This document shows, one piece after another, positions 27,598-37,319 of a stretch of 64,000 nt of DNA. The DNA is from Spirochaetales bacterium (lineage in GTDB: Bacteria; Spirochaetota; Spirochaetia; JABMQR01). Positions within the stretch are counted from its first letter, which is position 1; each line of letters starts with the position of its first letter. The DNA lies in NCBI GenBank assembly GCA_018399255.1, contig JAGYPA010000018.1, forward strand, positions 1,060-65,059, read 5' to 3'. Both the position numbers and the translations under genes were made by a program. The notes beneath the pieces were generated by a model. The model searched no databases, was not told the origin of the DNA, and worked only from the letters and a program-made list of their open reading frames with translations.

Positions 27598-28740
27598 CTA
27601 TGCTCCTAACCTGTTTTCCAATATTGACACACCGTCCTTAAGCCCGGCTGCCAGCGTTACCCGATCGCTGGCGGATTCCAGTATCGCCAGCCCTTTTTCC
27701 TTATTGGTTCCCTCAAGCCGGACTACCAGCCAGATACTCTGCAGATGGCTGAGACTGCCCATAATACCATTGGCAATTTCATCGCACCGGGTGATTCCAC
27801 CGAAGATATTGAGAAAGATGGTCTCGACTTTCGGGTTCTCGGCTACAATTCTGAGAGCTTCCTTAATTCGGTCGGATGTCGCCCCGCCGCCAAGGTCCAG
27901 GGCGCAGGTTACGGCCATTCCCTGTTTTGAGATCAGGTCGATGGAGGACATGATCATTCCGGATCCATTGCTGATTACCGCTATACTGCCCTTCTCCTGT
28001 ATCGGGATATAGAGGAAATCGAAACTGCGCGCCTCGAGCACCAGGGGATTGCCGGTAATCTCGTCCCGGAAGAGTCTCACATCCTCATGCTTGAAGAGGG
28101 CGTTGTCGTCGATATCTATCTTCCCGTCAAGGGCAAGCAGTCTGCCGGCATCGGTTACCACCAGCGGGTTGATCTCGGCCAGAAGGCAGTTGTATTCGGT
28201 GAATATCCGGTACAGCTTTCCGGCTATATCCTTGAAGTCCGCCCGGTACTTCTCGTCAAGCCCGCTGGCATCCATAACATACTGCAGGGTGAAATCCTGG
28301 AGGGGTTCGTTGGGCGGCAGGTATACGGTAACCAGCTTGTCGGGATTCTCTTCGGCTATCTGATTAATATCCACGCCCCCTTCCGGGCTGAAAATCATAA
28401 CGGCCTGCTTCACCTTTCGGTCCAGCGTAATACTGAGATACATCTCCCGGGTCAGCTCAACCTTATGAGCGGCAAATACCTTTTCCACGGGAAGGTCCTT
28501 GATCTTCAGGTTGAAGAGAAAATCAGCTTTTTCTTCAAGTTCCTTCCGGTTTTCGGCAAACTGAATACCTCCCGCCTTGCCTCGTCCGCCGGTCTGCACC
28601 TGTGATTTGAGCACCATGGGATAAGGAATTCTGCCGTCCATCGCTTTCAGCTCTTCCGCACTGGATGCCACCATGCCGTTCATGCAGGGCAGATCGTATC
28701 TGCGGTAGATCTCATGAGCCTTGTATTCCAATAATTTCAT
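27598..28740 (-). CDS. sucC: Succinate-CoA ligase (ADP-forming) beta subunit, divergent paralogue
   Basis: KLLEYKA, GGRGKAGGI, EINPL, DDNALFKH, NIFGGITRCD, RLEGTN. Confidence 0.88.
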   Translation of the reverse strand: MKLLEYKAHEIYRRYDLPCMNGMVASSAEELKAMDGRIPYPMVLKSQVQTGGRGKAGGIQFAENRKELEEKADFLFNLKIKDLPVEKVFAAHKVELTREMYLSITLDRKVKQAVMIFSPEGGVDINQIAEENPDKLVTVYLPPNEPLQDFTLQYVMDASGLDEKYRADFKDIAGKLYRIFTEYNCLLAEINPLVVTDAGRLLALDGKIDIDDNALFKHEDVRLFRDEITGNPLVLEARSFDFLYIPIQEKGSIAVISNGSGMIMSSIDLISKQGMAVTCALDLGGGATSDRIKEALRIVAENPKVETIFLNIFGGITRCDEIANGIMGSLSHLQSIWLVVRLEGTNKEKGLAILESASDRVTLAAGLKDGVSILENRLGA

Positions 28741-28761
28741 CTGGTATATCCTCCCCTGTCC

Positions 28762-30135
28762 TTAGATCGTGCCGTTCCACAAATCGTCATCATCCGGCAC
28801 GGTCTGGTCTTTCTTCGGCCGGGCAATGCGGGTTATGTTGAGCAGGTGTTTGTAGTAGAAGTTTTCCGAGATGCTGTTGTTGCCCCAGGATCCGCAGCCG
28901 AGGGTGCTGGTAGGGTTGAGCCCGTTGGTGAAGCTGCCGCCGGCACTGGTAGAGCTTACCTGATTGACCACTACCCGGCTTACCGGGGCCCGCAGCCCTA
29001 CTTCCCTGATATGTTCGGGATTGTTTGAGTGCAGGGAGACGGTATGGCCCTTCCCCTCAATGTTAAGATTCTCGATTGCCGTATCGATTGCCTCCGAAAA
29101 ATCTCTGTAGGAAAACGGCGTGATAACGGGAAACATCTTCTCTTTGCGCAGCGGGCTGGTCTTGTTGGCAGAATCCTCCGGAATCACGATAACTTTTGTA
29201 TCAGCAGGCATGGGGATGCCGGATGCATCGGCTATATCCTGTACAGTCTGCCCTACCATATCCCGATTGAGCTTTCCTCCGGGAAAGAGCAGGCTGATGA
29301 GGGTCTCCCGCTCCTGCGGGTCTGATACCAGATAGCCGCCGTATGCCTGAACTTCTGCCATGGCCTCATCGTACTTATCGTCCGGAAGAATCATGGTCTG
29401 CTCACCGGCACAAATGATACCATTGTCAAATATTCTGCCGTCGATAATTTTCTGTACGGCCTCACGGATATCGACATCCCGATCGATGATTACCTGCACA
29501 TTTCCGGGACCTACCCCGAAGGAGGGCTTCCCTCCTGAATAAGCGGCTTTGACCATGCCGGGTCCTCCGGTAGCTACTACCACATCAGCTTCCTGCATCA
29601 GGGCCGTGGTCCGTTCGAGACTGCCGTCTTCGACAAACTGAACCAGATGTTCCGGTGCCCCATGGGTTTTAAGCAGCTTGTTCCACTCCTCGACCAGATA
29701 CTGCGTGCAGCCGGTTGTCCGCGGATGGGCAGCAAGGATTATCGCGTTTTTCCCCTTTATTGCGTTCATCACGTTAGCCATGGGGGTTACTATGGGATTT
29801 GTGCACGGCTGGACAGCTCCCACCACCCCCACCGGCTTCGCTATTTCGATAATTCCCGTCTCTTCATCATCAGAAATAATTCCCATCGATTTTTTACCGC
29901 GCAGGCTGGCCCACATTATTCTGGCTTTACCCTTGTTCTTGAGGGTTTTATACTCTTTTGATCCCATTCGTGATTCCCGATGGGCTCTTTCTGCCAGCAT
30001 TTCGGCATTATCGAAGACAAATCTGGCCACATCCCGCACCATAGCGTCCACGCTTTTCTGGTCGAACGGCTCAAAGAGCTCCATGGCACGCCGACCTTTT
30101 TCCACTAATGACTGTATATATGCTTTATCATCCAT
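28762..30135 (-). CDS. CoA-acylating aldehyde dehydrogenase (clostridial succinate-semialdehyde dehydrogenase/EutE type)
   Basis: PCTNP, ATGGPGMVKAAYS, GVGPGN, FDNGIICAGEQ, EKMFP, TLGCGSWGNNS. Confidence 0.9.
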   Translation of the reverse strand: MDDKAYIQSLVEKGRRAMELFEPFDQKSVDAMVRDVARFVFDNAEMLAERAHRESRMGSKEYKTLKNKGKARIMWASLRGKKSMGIISDDEETGIIEIAKPVGVVGAVQPCTNPIVTPMANVMNAIKGKNAIILAAHPRTTGCTQYLVEEWNKLLKTHGAPEHLVQFVEDGSLERTTALMQEADVVVATGGPGMVKAAYSGGKPSFGVGPGNVQVIIDRDVDIREAVQKIIDGRIFDNGIICAGEQTMILPDDKYDEAMAEVQAYGGYLVSDPQERETLISLLFPGGKLNRDMVGQTVQDIADASGIPMPADTKVIVIPEDSANKTSPLRKEKMFPVITPFSYRDFSEAIDTAIENLNIEGKGHTVSLHSNNPEHIREVGLRAPVSRVVVNQVSSTSAGGSFTNGLNPTSTLGCGSWGNNSISENFYYKHLLNITRIARPKKDQTVPDDDDLWNGTI

Positions 30136-30174
30136 ACCCCGTTCACCCCTTCATTTTCTTTGGTTTGTACTTTC

Positions 30175-30203
30175 AAAGGTTCTACCTTTTAAAGGTATAC
30201 CAT
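30175..30203. promoter_or_regulatory. FadR-type operator(s) upstream of the ALDH-sucCD-E1/E2/E3 unit
   Basis: Palindrome AAAGGT-TCT-ACCTTT (30175-30189) and adjacent AAAGGTATACCAT. Confidence 0.65.
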
Positions 30204-30237
30204 CGTTTGCAGGTTTTGTAAATAGCGCCGCAGCGAA

Positions 30238-30308
30238 GAAATTCCAAAATGCAAACTTCTAACCAAAACGTCGTTCTTGCTTTTTGCTAGAGCCACAATT
30301 GGAATTTC
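30238..30308 (-). repeat. Intergenic palindromic repeat/MITE-like element, copy 2
   Basis: 10-bp terminal inverted repeats GAAATTCCAA/TTGGAATTTC. Core is 29/32 identical to 12819-12850 in inverse orientation. Confidence 0.7.
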
Positions 30309-30441
30309 CTCTGCCAATAAAAAAAGTCCGGAACCGTTAACTGAGTTTTTTCGCAACGGCAAAAATATCAGGAGGAAAACGGTTCCGAACCACACAATTC
30401 TATTAAGTTGAAGATATTGAAAACAGTTAACCAACTCCTCC

Positions 30442-31683
30442 CTACGGCAGAACACTCCCGACATTCGGACAGGAAATCAGTCTCTCGGAAGGAAATTTGC
30501 TCAGCTGCCGGTATCCATCTTTTTCCACTACAAACATCTCTTCAATTCTGGCTGCGTCATTGCCCTCGCCGTTATATGTTTCCAGGGCAAATACCATACC
30601 CTCTTCCAGAATTTCCGGGTGCTCCAGCGAGAACCATCGGCTGATAACCGGCTTTGCCCAATGGGTTATGCCGATACCGTGACCAAGCTCCAGGGCAAAT
30701 GCCTCAGCTTCGGACTTGAGCCCCAGTGAATGGGCTTCAGGCCACTTGCGGGCTATGTCGGCAGTGCTCACCCCTGGCTTAAGCATTTCGGCGGCTGAGA
30801 AGAGCCAGTCATACGCCTGCTTGTAAATATCAAGCTGCTTCTGTGAAGGCTTTCCCACGACAAAGGACTGGTAGTAGCAGGTATGATACCCGTTAAAAAC
30901 GCTGACAATATCGATAAATATCATATCCCCCATTCTCAGCATACGGTCGGAAGCATCATGGGGATGCGGGTAGGAACGGTTGCCGGTTATAACATTGATA
31001 TTCTGGATCTCTTCTCCGCCAAGTTCATAAATGCGCTTACGCAGCAGCCCGTTAAGGTCATTCTCGCGAATCCCGGGCCGGGCTGTGGTAATTACATCCC
31101 AGAAGGCAGCTTCATCGATGGCTATTGACATCTCTATCAGGTCGATCTCTTCCTTGGTCTTGATCTTCTGAGCTTCAAGAATTGTCTGCTGCCCGTCGAC
31201 TACATTGAGGCCTTCCGCCTGCAGCGCAAGTATAAAAGGGAGTTCGGTAATATCCATACCCAGCGGTGCATCCGCCACTCCCCATTCGGTCAGGATGGAC
31301 TTGATTTCTTTCGCAAAATTCCTTGCATGATCAAATACCACCTGCTTGGGAAAGGAGCCCCGCATGGCGCCGCCGGTAAACGGAAATATCCTGTCAGCGA
31401 TCCAGGGGCATAATGCTTTCTTGGCAGCAATCGCACTGCCGGCTTCATAAAGAATCGGCGGCTGATCGGCTGAAACCAGACAGGCTCGCGCCAGCTTGTT
31501 GTTCATCCAGTCATTCAGCTTGGTGCTTGTGATATAGCGTATTGCGTCGTGATCAAATGCCAGAAGCGATCCCAGTCCATCCTTGCGGATCTGATTCTGC
31601 ATTTTATGTAAACGATCTTTTCTTAATTTATCATAGTCAATTCTGATTTCGCAATCAGTGGCCATGGTACCGAGTATTCCCAT
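30442..31683 (-). CDS. M24 (Xaa-Pro peptidase/creatinase fold) hydrolase with an atypical metal site
   Basis: Creatinase-N-like start, IKTKEEID, FIDI, GHGIG, ALET, RIEE. GYHTC replaces the usual GYxSD. Confidence 0.85.
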   Translation of the reverse strand: MGILGTMATDCEIRIDYDKLRKDRLHKMQNQIRKDGLGSLLAFDHDAIRYITSTKLNDWMNNKLARACLVSADQPPILYEAGSAIAAKKALCPWIADRIFPFTGGAMRGSFPKQVVFDHARNFAKEIKSILTEWGVADAPLGMDITELPFILALQAEGLNVVDGQQTILEAQKIKTKEEIDLIEMSIAIDEAAFWDVITTARPGIRENDLNGLLRKRIYELGGEEIQNINVITGNRSYPHPHDASDRMLRMGDMIFIDIVSVFNGYHTCYYQSFVVGKPSQKQLDIYKQAYDWLFSAAEMLKPGVSTADIARKWPEAHSLGLKSEAEAFALELGHGIGITHWAKPVISRWFSLEHPEILEEGMVFALETYNGEGNDAARIEEMFVVEKDGYRQLSKFPSERLISCPNVGSVLP

Positions 31684-31775
31684 GATCTCCTCCTAGTTTC
31701 TTTGCAGATTTTCATATATTACAGCTATCGCTATCTCCAATCCCTGAATGTCCGGATTCTATCAGGGAGGTATAA

Positions 31776-32591
31776 CTACGTTGAAAGTGCCGTACGCAAT
31801 ACAGCAATGTCCTTGCGCAGCAGTTCTATCGGATCGTCATGCACAGTGCACAACGGAGGCATATCATAATAGTTCTCGCTCACCAGCCATCCGTCATAGC
31901 CGCGCCGCTTGAGAACTTCCAGACTGGCGAAAAAATCTGCATCCCCGGTTCCCAGCAGCGCCCCGCTGAGCTCCTTGTTCCTGCCGTCCTTGACGTGCAC
32001 CTCGACGACATACGGGTACAGTTCCTCCAGAACACAGGGTGTGCAGTCGTCATTGGCCAGGTAGTAGTTCTGAAAATCAAAGTAGAGGGCAAAATTGACG
32101 GAATCAACCTCCTCCACCATGCGGAGAGTCTGTGCGACACTCAGGGTGTTTTCCGCGGCTATGGTTATTCCTGATCCCGCAGCTGCCTTGCAGGCTTCCC
32201 GAAGTACGTCAACCACAATTCTGAAGTGATGTTCCGTCTGTATATAACTTTTCTCAAAAGTTGGAACCATAATCAGGGGAATGTCCATATACTCAGACGC
32301 TTCAACAGCCGCTAATATCCCTCTTCGAACAATTTCATGCTCAACGGAACCCGGCTCGTCTACAAGACTGTAGTAATCACCGGTTCGTACCGCCATTGAG
32401 GGAAACTCAATTCCATAGCGATGTGCAAATTCCAGATACATATCCCGGACATACTTCCGTGATTTGGTGAATCCCCGTTCCCAGGGGCCGATATCAAGCT
32501 GGATTCCATCCAGCCCCACATCTGCAGCCAATTTACAGGCTGCCGGTCCTTCGATCGGCAATGCCCATTCACATGCTCCAATCTTATTCAT
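31776..32591 (-). CDS. Sugar (phosphate) isomerase/epimerase, xylose-isomerase-like TIM barrel
   Basis: Metal ligand pattern AAEN, YFDFQN, HVKD, SEN; GALLGTGDADF. Confidence 0.85.
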   Translation of the reverse strand: MNKIGACEWALPIEGPAACKLAADVGLDGIQLDIGPWERGFTKSRKYVRDMYLEFAHRYGIEFPSMAVRTGDYYSLVDEPGSVEHEIVRRGILAAVEASEYMDIPLIMVPTFEKSYIQTEHHFRIVVDVLREACKAAAGSGITIAAENTLSVAQTLRMVEEVDSVNFALYFDFQNYYLANDDCTPCVLEELYPYVVEVHVKDGRNKELSGALLGTGDADFFASLEVLKRRGYDGWLVSENYYDMPPLCTVHDDPIELLRKDIAVLRTALST

Positions 32592-32605
32592 AGCTGTCGC
32601 TCACC

Positions 32606-33619
32606 TTATACGGGACCGATTTCCGAAATACGAACCGGTCGATTCTCCTGCCATGACTTTTTTGCCGCCATGGATAAAACAACCGCTTTCCGACCGTCCG
32701 AACCTGTTACGGGAGGCGGCGTATCGTGATAGAGACAATCTACAAAAGCCTGTATCTCTCCATAGAATGCCTCAGGGTACCGTTCAATATTAAAATAGAG
32801 AGGAACATCACTATGGTGTCCCTGAGGATTGGTATATTCCACCCTGGTCGGAGTCTCATTATTTCCGAAAGCACAGGACTGCGTTCCGAAGACCTCCACA
32901 CGCTGATCGTAGCTGTAGCCAGTCCGTCGGGAATTGTTTATGGATCCGACCGCCCCGCTCTCGAATTTCAAGGTGACCATCGTAGTATCGAGGTCTCCCA
33001 GTTCACCAATCCTTTCGTCAACCAGAACACTGCCCGCAGCGTACACTTCGTATATCTCTTCGCCGGAAAGAAAGCGGGCCATATCAAAATCGTGAACAGT
33101 AGTGTCAAAAAAGATCCCGCCGCAGACTTTCAGGTACTCCAGATGGGGAGGCTGCGGATCCCGGCTGGTAATATTGATAATCATGGGTTTTCCAACGATC
33201 CCGTCATCCACCAGTTTTTTCACTCCGCTGAAGGTAGGATCAAAGCGGCGGTTGAAACCCACCATAAACTTGACCCCCTTCTTTTCGGCATAAGCCAGCA
33301 CCTCATCAATAGCCGCCAGAGTTGTGGCTATCGGCTTTTCACAGAATATATGTACCCCGGCATCTGCAGCAGCCCGTATAACTTCTTCATGAGTATCGGT
33401 AGAGGTGGCTATGACCACACCATCAAGCTGCTGCTCCGAAAGCAGTTTCCGGTAGTCATCGTACCGGGCAACTCCATCGATGCCGACCAGTTCTGCCCGC
33501 TCCATGGTAATGTCGCTCACGCACACAAGCTCGGCTTCAGGAATCCGGTAAGCAATGTTTTTGGAATGAATCTGGCCTTGACGTCCCATACCCAGAACAC
33601 CCAGTCGAACTCTCTTCAT
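32606..33619 (-). CDS. iolG: Inositol 2-dehydrogenase-like Gfo/Idh/MocA oxidoreductase
   Basis: GMGRQG, FCEKP, GFNRRFDP, SRDP, DTTVHDFDMARF, YDQRVEVFG. Confidence 0.8.
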   Translation of the reverse strand: MKRVRLGVLGMGRQGQIHSKNIAYRIPEAELVCVSDITMERAELVGIDGVARYDDYRKLLSEQQLDGVVIATSTDTHEEVIRAAADAGVHIFCEKPIATTLAAIDEVLAYAEKKGVKFMVGFNRRFDPTFSGVKKLVDDGIVGKPMIINITSRDPQPPHLEYLKVCGGIFFDTTVHDFDMARFLSGEEIYEVYAAGSVLVDERIGELGDLDTTMVTLKFESGAVGSINNSRRTGYSYDQRVEVFGTQSCAFGNNETPTRVEYTNPQGHHSDVPLYFNIERYPEAFYGEIQAFVDCLYHDTPPPVTGSDGRKAVVLSMAAKKSWQENRPVRISEIGPV

Positions 33620-33668
33620 AGCTTTTCTCTCTCCATTCTTCATTAAGGTTGTTTTACCCGCAGCCCTG

Positions 33669-35168
33669 TCAGACATGCGCAATGGCTTTAAGCAGCGTGG
33701 TTTCGGTAACTTCAGCATCGGTAAATACGCCGGTCACCCTGCCTGAACGCATAGCGATAATCCTGTCCGATACGCCGATAATTTCCGGCATTTCAGAACT
33801 GATAACCAGAACTGCATATCCTGATTCAGCTGCCTTGGCGATAAGTTTGTGGATTTCCGCCTTCGACCCGACATCGATACCCCGTGTCGGTTCATCAAGT
33901 ATAAGCAGATCGGGGGTCATGCTGAGCCATTTTGCAATAACAATTTTCTGCTGGTTTCCCCCGCTCAAATTGACAACTTTCTGATAGGCCCCGGGGGTTG
34001 ATATTGACAGCTTATCTTTGTACTCCTCATACATTTCCATCTCGACAGCGGTATCGAGAAAACCGCGGTTTTTTATCCAGGGCAGCTTAGCCAGACTGAT
34101 ATTCTCCTTGCATGACATTTTAAGCACGAGCCCCTGCTCCTTCCTGTCCTCCGGCACAAATCCGATCCCGATTTTCACGGCTTGCTCGGTACTCCTGATC
34201 GAGACTTCCTTACCGTTAATCCACACTCTGCCTGAGTCCGGCTGCCGTGCTCCAAAAATGGTTTCCGCTACTTCGGAGCGGCCGGCTCCCACAAGGCCAT
34301 ACAACCCGACAACCTCTCCTTTGCGGATGGAGAAGCTGATATTTTCAAAAAGACCAGCCTTGGAAAGGTTTTCCACTTTAAGGACTTCTTTCCCTTTTAC
34401 CGCCTGATTTTTATGAAAATAATCATCGAGAATGCGCCCGATCATCAGTTTGGTAATATCTTCAAGCTGAACTTCAGCGGTTACCAGACTTCCGGTATTC
34501 TGTCCGTCCCGCAGAACTTCCACTCTGTCTGTTATCTGAAAGACCTCATCCATTTTATGGGTTATATAGATTACAGAGACTTTTTTCTCTTTGAGCTTCC
34601 TGATATTCATAAACAGGATTTCTTTCTCCGCTTCGGTAAGCGATGAGGTAGGTTCATCAAAAATGACCACTTTAGCCCCCATCGAAAGCGCGCGGGCAAT
34701 CTCTACCATCTGCTGGCGGGATATTGAAAGGTTGCCGACAAGCTCCCGAGGATCGATATCAAGTTCCAGATCCGCCATAATCTTTCCAGCCATTTCATTC
34801 AGTCTTCTCCAGTCTATCAGCCCCCGTTTTGTTCTGGGCAGGTTGCCAAGATAGATATTTTCGGCAACGCTCAGTTCGGAAACCAGGGAAAGCTCCTGAA
34901 ATATCAGGATCAGTCCAGCCTTTTTAGCTTCGAGCGGATTGGAGAAGCTGACTGTTTTTCCATCCAGAATAATGCCGCCGCTGCCGTGGTCCGGATAAAA
35001 AACCCCTGAAAGAGTTTTCATCAAGGTCGACTTGCCGGCCCCGTTCTCACCCACTACAGCAAGAACTTCCCCTTTGCGGACCTTCAGGTTGACATTCGAA
35101 AGGGCTTTTACTCCCGGAAATGTTTTTGAAATATTCTTGACTTCCAGAATTATCTGTTCTTCATTCAT
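33669..35168 (-). CDS. Sugar ABC transporter ATP-binding protein (RbsA/MglA type, two NBDs)
   Basis: GENGAGKSTL, FDEPT, LSGGNQQK, DEPTRGIDVG. Confidence 0.96.
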   Translation of the reverse strand: MNEEQIILEVKNISKTFPGVKALSNVNLKVRKGEVLAVVGENGAGKSTLMKTLSGVFYPDHGSGGIILDGKTVSFSNPLEAKKAGLILIFQELSLVSELSVAENIYLGNLPRTKRGLIDWRRLNEMAGKIMADLELDIDPRELVGNLSISRQQMVEIARALSMGAKVVIFDEPTSSLTEAEKEILFMNIRKLKEKKVSVIYITHKMDEVFQITDRVEVLRDGQNTGSLVTAEVQLEDITKLMIGRILDDYFHKNQAVKGKEVLKVENLSKAGLFENISFSIRKGEVVGLYGLVGAGRSEVAETIFGARQPDSGRVWINGKEVSIRSTEQAVKIGIGFVPEDRKEQGLVLKMSCKENISLAKLPWIKNRGFLDTAVEMEMYEEYKDKLSISTPGAYQKVVNLSGGNQQKIVIAKWLSMTPDLLILDEPTRGIDVGSKAEIHKLIAKAAESGYAVLVISSEMPEIIGVSDRIIAMRSGRVTGVFTDAEVTETTLLKAIAHV

Positions 35169-35335
35169 CCTGCATCACCTTCATTCACTGTTTTTGGTAA
35201 GACTTTTGTGAAACCGCCTGACCCTGGCTATCACCAGCTTTTTGCAGTTGAGCTGTGCCCTCCTCCTGCAGGATTCAGGCACAACTCATTTACTTTGCGT
35301 CGGTGCATCGTCAGCACAACGCAAGTCTGGATTAC

Positions 35336-36304
35336 TTAGAAATTAGGTCTTTCGAACTGATCCATGTTTGCTTTTGTAACTACAGGAGTCTCGAAAAAGT
35401 TCCAGAAGGGAACTTCTTCGCCGTTAGCCAGCTTTACAGCAACTTCAACAGCTTTTTTGGCATCTTCTGCCGGAGACTGGTATACGGAACCGTAAATGAA
35501 GCCTTCTTCCATGGCATCGTAGCCTTCACCAAACATACAGGCACTGGTCATAACGATGTCCCCTGCCCGTCCTGCTTCCTTCAAGGCATTGAGAGCGCCG
35601 ATACCGATGTTATCGTCAGCAACATACACACCATCGATATTCTGGTACTTTGTCAGAAGATTTTCCATAACCCGGGTAGCTTTCTCACGGTTCCAGTCTG
35701 TCGGTTCGGTTGCCAGAATCTCGATTCCAGGGGCATCATCGGCAATTTTGTCCTGAAAGCCTTCTGATCTGCGGATGGCCGTCACATAACCGGGCATACC
35801 CATCAGCTCTACTACATTTCCTTCTCCGTCAAGAGCTTCGATCATACCAACGGCTGCATTAACGCCTTCTTCGTAGGTATCCGGTCCTGCAAATCCTTTA
35901 ACATACTGGTAGCCTGATTCATCAATCAATGAGTTACAGATAAGCACTGGAATTCCAGCATCAAATGCTTTTTTTGCAGCAGGTACGATTGCCTTGCCGT
36001 TTACCGGCCAGATCACGATAACATCAACATTTTTCTGGATCAGGTCTTCTACCTGATTAATCTGAAGGGCAACATCACCACCGGCATCCAGCTGAATTGC
36101 GGATACACCCTCGAGCGCTGCAACGGTGTCACGGAAAACCTGGTCATGGGTTGTCTGATAACTGTCAATACCCACATTATTGGCGGTATGCCCAATTACA
36201 ATGGTCCCATCATCTGTCGCTTCAGCATCACCTGTCGCAAAAACCAGTCCGCTGACAGCCAGCATCAAAACGATCAATACAGTAAGAATTCTCTTCATAG
36301 TCAT
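35336..36304 (-). CDS. Sugar ABC periplasmic binding protein (RbsB-like)
   Basis: Signal peptide ending FATGDAE; QINQVEDLIQKNVDVI, RRSEGF, DWNREKA. Confidence 0.92.
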   Translation of the reverse strand: MTMKRILTVLIVLMLAVSGLVFATGDAEATDDGTIVIGHTANNVGIDSYQTTHDQVFRDTVAALEGVSAIQLDAGGDVALQINQVEDLIQKNVDVIVIWPVNGKAIVPAAKKAFDAGIPVLICNSLIDESGYQYVKGFAGPDTYEEGVNAAVGMIEALDGEGNVVELMGMPGYVTAIRRSEGFQDKIADDAPGIEILATEPTDWNREKATRVMENLLTKYQNIDGVYVADDNIGIGALNALKEAGRAGDIVMTSACMFGEGYDAMEEGFIYGSVYQSPAEDAKKAVEVAVKLANGEEVPFWNFFETPVVTKANMDQFERPNF

Positions 36305-36362
36305 TCTCCTTTTCTCCTTACATAAAATTCTTTCAGGCATGCACCATGCCTGCTTTTTCAAA

Positions 36363-37319
36363 TCATGAATCGGTCACCCTGAGCGCATTGCGTGCCTGCT
36401 TGAAGCGGGAATCGGCAAATACCACAAGAATCAGGATAATCCCCATCAACAGCATGTTGTAGTAACTCTGAACATTCAAAAGGTTAAGCGCATTCTGAAT
36501 TACTCCGATGGTAAGAACGCCGCCCATGGTATGGACAATGCTTCCGTAACCGCCGTTAAGGCTGGTTCCGCCGAGTACTACTGTTGCAATAATCATCAGG
36601 TTCTGGTCCGGCCATCCGAGTCCGGGTGTAGCTGCATTCATTCTGGATGCAAGCAGGACTCCTCCGACAGCAGCAGCTAGGCTGCATAGAATAAAATTGA
36701 CCATAACGGTCCGGTTTACCCTGATTCCAGCGTTTTCCGCCGCTTCATAGTTCCCGCCGACAGCATAGGTATTACGTCCATGCGGGGTTTTTCTGAGAAC
36801 AAATTCGGCTATAACGGCAATGACCAGCATTATTATGAACAGGGTGGGAATCCCGAGGACAGAACTTGAGCCGAAATCGCTGAATACCATCCTCTCACCG
36901 ATCAGGGCATCTTCCTTGGTATAAATATAAATCAATCCCCGGACACCGATAAAGGAACCCAAGGTCACGACAAAAGCATTGATTTTAGCCCGTGCAACCA
37001 GAAATCCGTTAACCGCCCCTATCCCGGCTCCTGCCAGAAGGGCTATAATTACGGCTGGAAATATCCCGAGCGGCTGCAGCCCGACTGCCAGAGCGGCACT
37101 GAAACCCATGACGGTTCCGACTGAGAGATCGAAGAACCCATTGATCATCAGATAGGTCATCCCTACAGCCATAACCCCGTTAACGGAAGACTGAAGAAGT
37201 ATGTTCAGTAAATTTCTGCGGCGAATGAACTCCGGTGCCAGGATAGTGATGATAACTACCAGCAGCAGCAGAATTGCCCAGATCGGCTTCTTTTTAAAAA
37301 ACCTCAGTATTTTTTTCAT
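36363..37319 (-). CDS. Sugar ABC permease (RbsC-like)
   Basis: FDLSVG, GRNTYAVGGN, VVLGGTSLNGG. Confidence 0.93.
   Translation of the reverse strand: MKKILRFFKKKPIWAILLLLVVIITILAPEFIRRRNLLNILLQSSVNGVMAVGMTYLMINGFFDLSVGTVMGFSAALAVGLQPLGIFPAVIIALLAGAGIGAVNGFLVARAKINAFVVTLGSFIGVRGLIYIYTKEDALIGERMVFSDFGSSSVLGIPTLFIIMLVIAVIAEFVLRKTPHGRNTYAVGGNYEAAENAGIRVNRTVMVNFILCSLAAAVGGVLLASRMNAATPGLGWPDQNLMIIATVVLGGTSLNGGYGSIVHTMGGVLTIGVIQNALNLLNVQSYYNMLLMGIILILVVFADSRFKQARNALRVTDS

Noticed and set aside
21863-28740. Housekeeping pyruvate dehydrogenase plus TCA succinyl-CoA synthetase
   Set aside because: AcoA/AcoC-like features, altered SucCD motifs and the catabolic operon context argue against the default annotation, though it is not excluded.
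31776-33619. Canonical myo-inositol (iol) catabolic operon
   Set aside because: Only IolG-like and TIM-barrel genes are present; iolD, iolB, iolC and the aldolase are absent from the window.
35250-35330. Two hairpins between the SBP and ATPase genes as a novel ncRNA
   Set aside because: Position fits the ordinary mRNA-stabilising/attenuating stem-loops found after ABC binding-protein genes.
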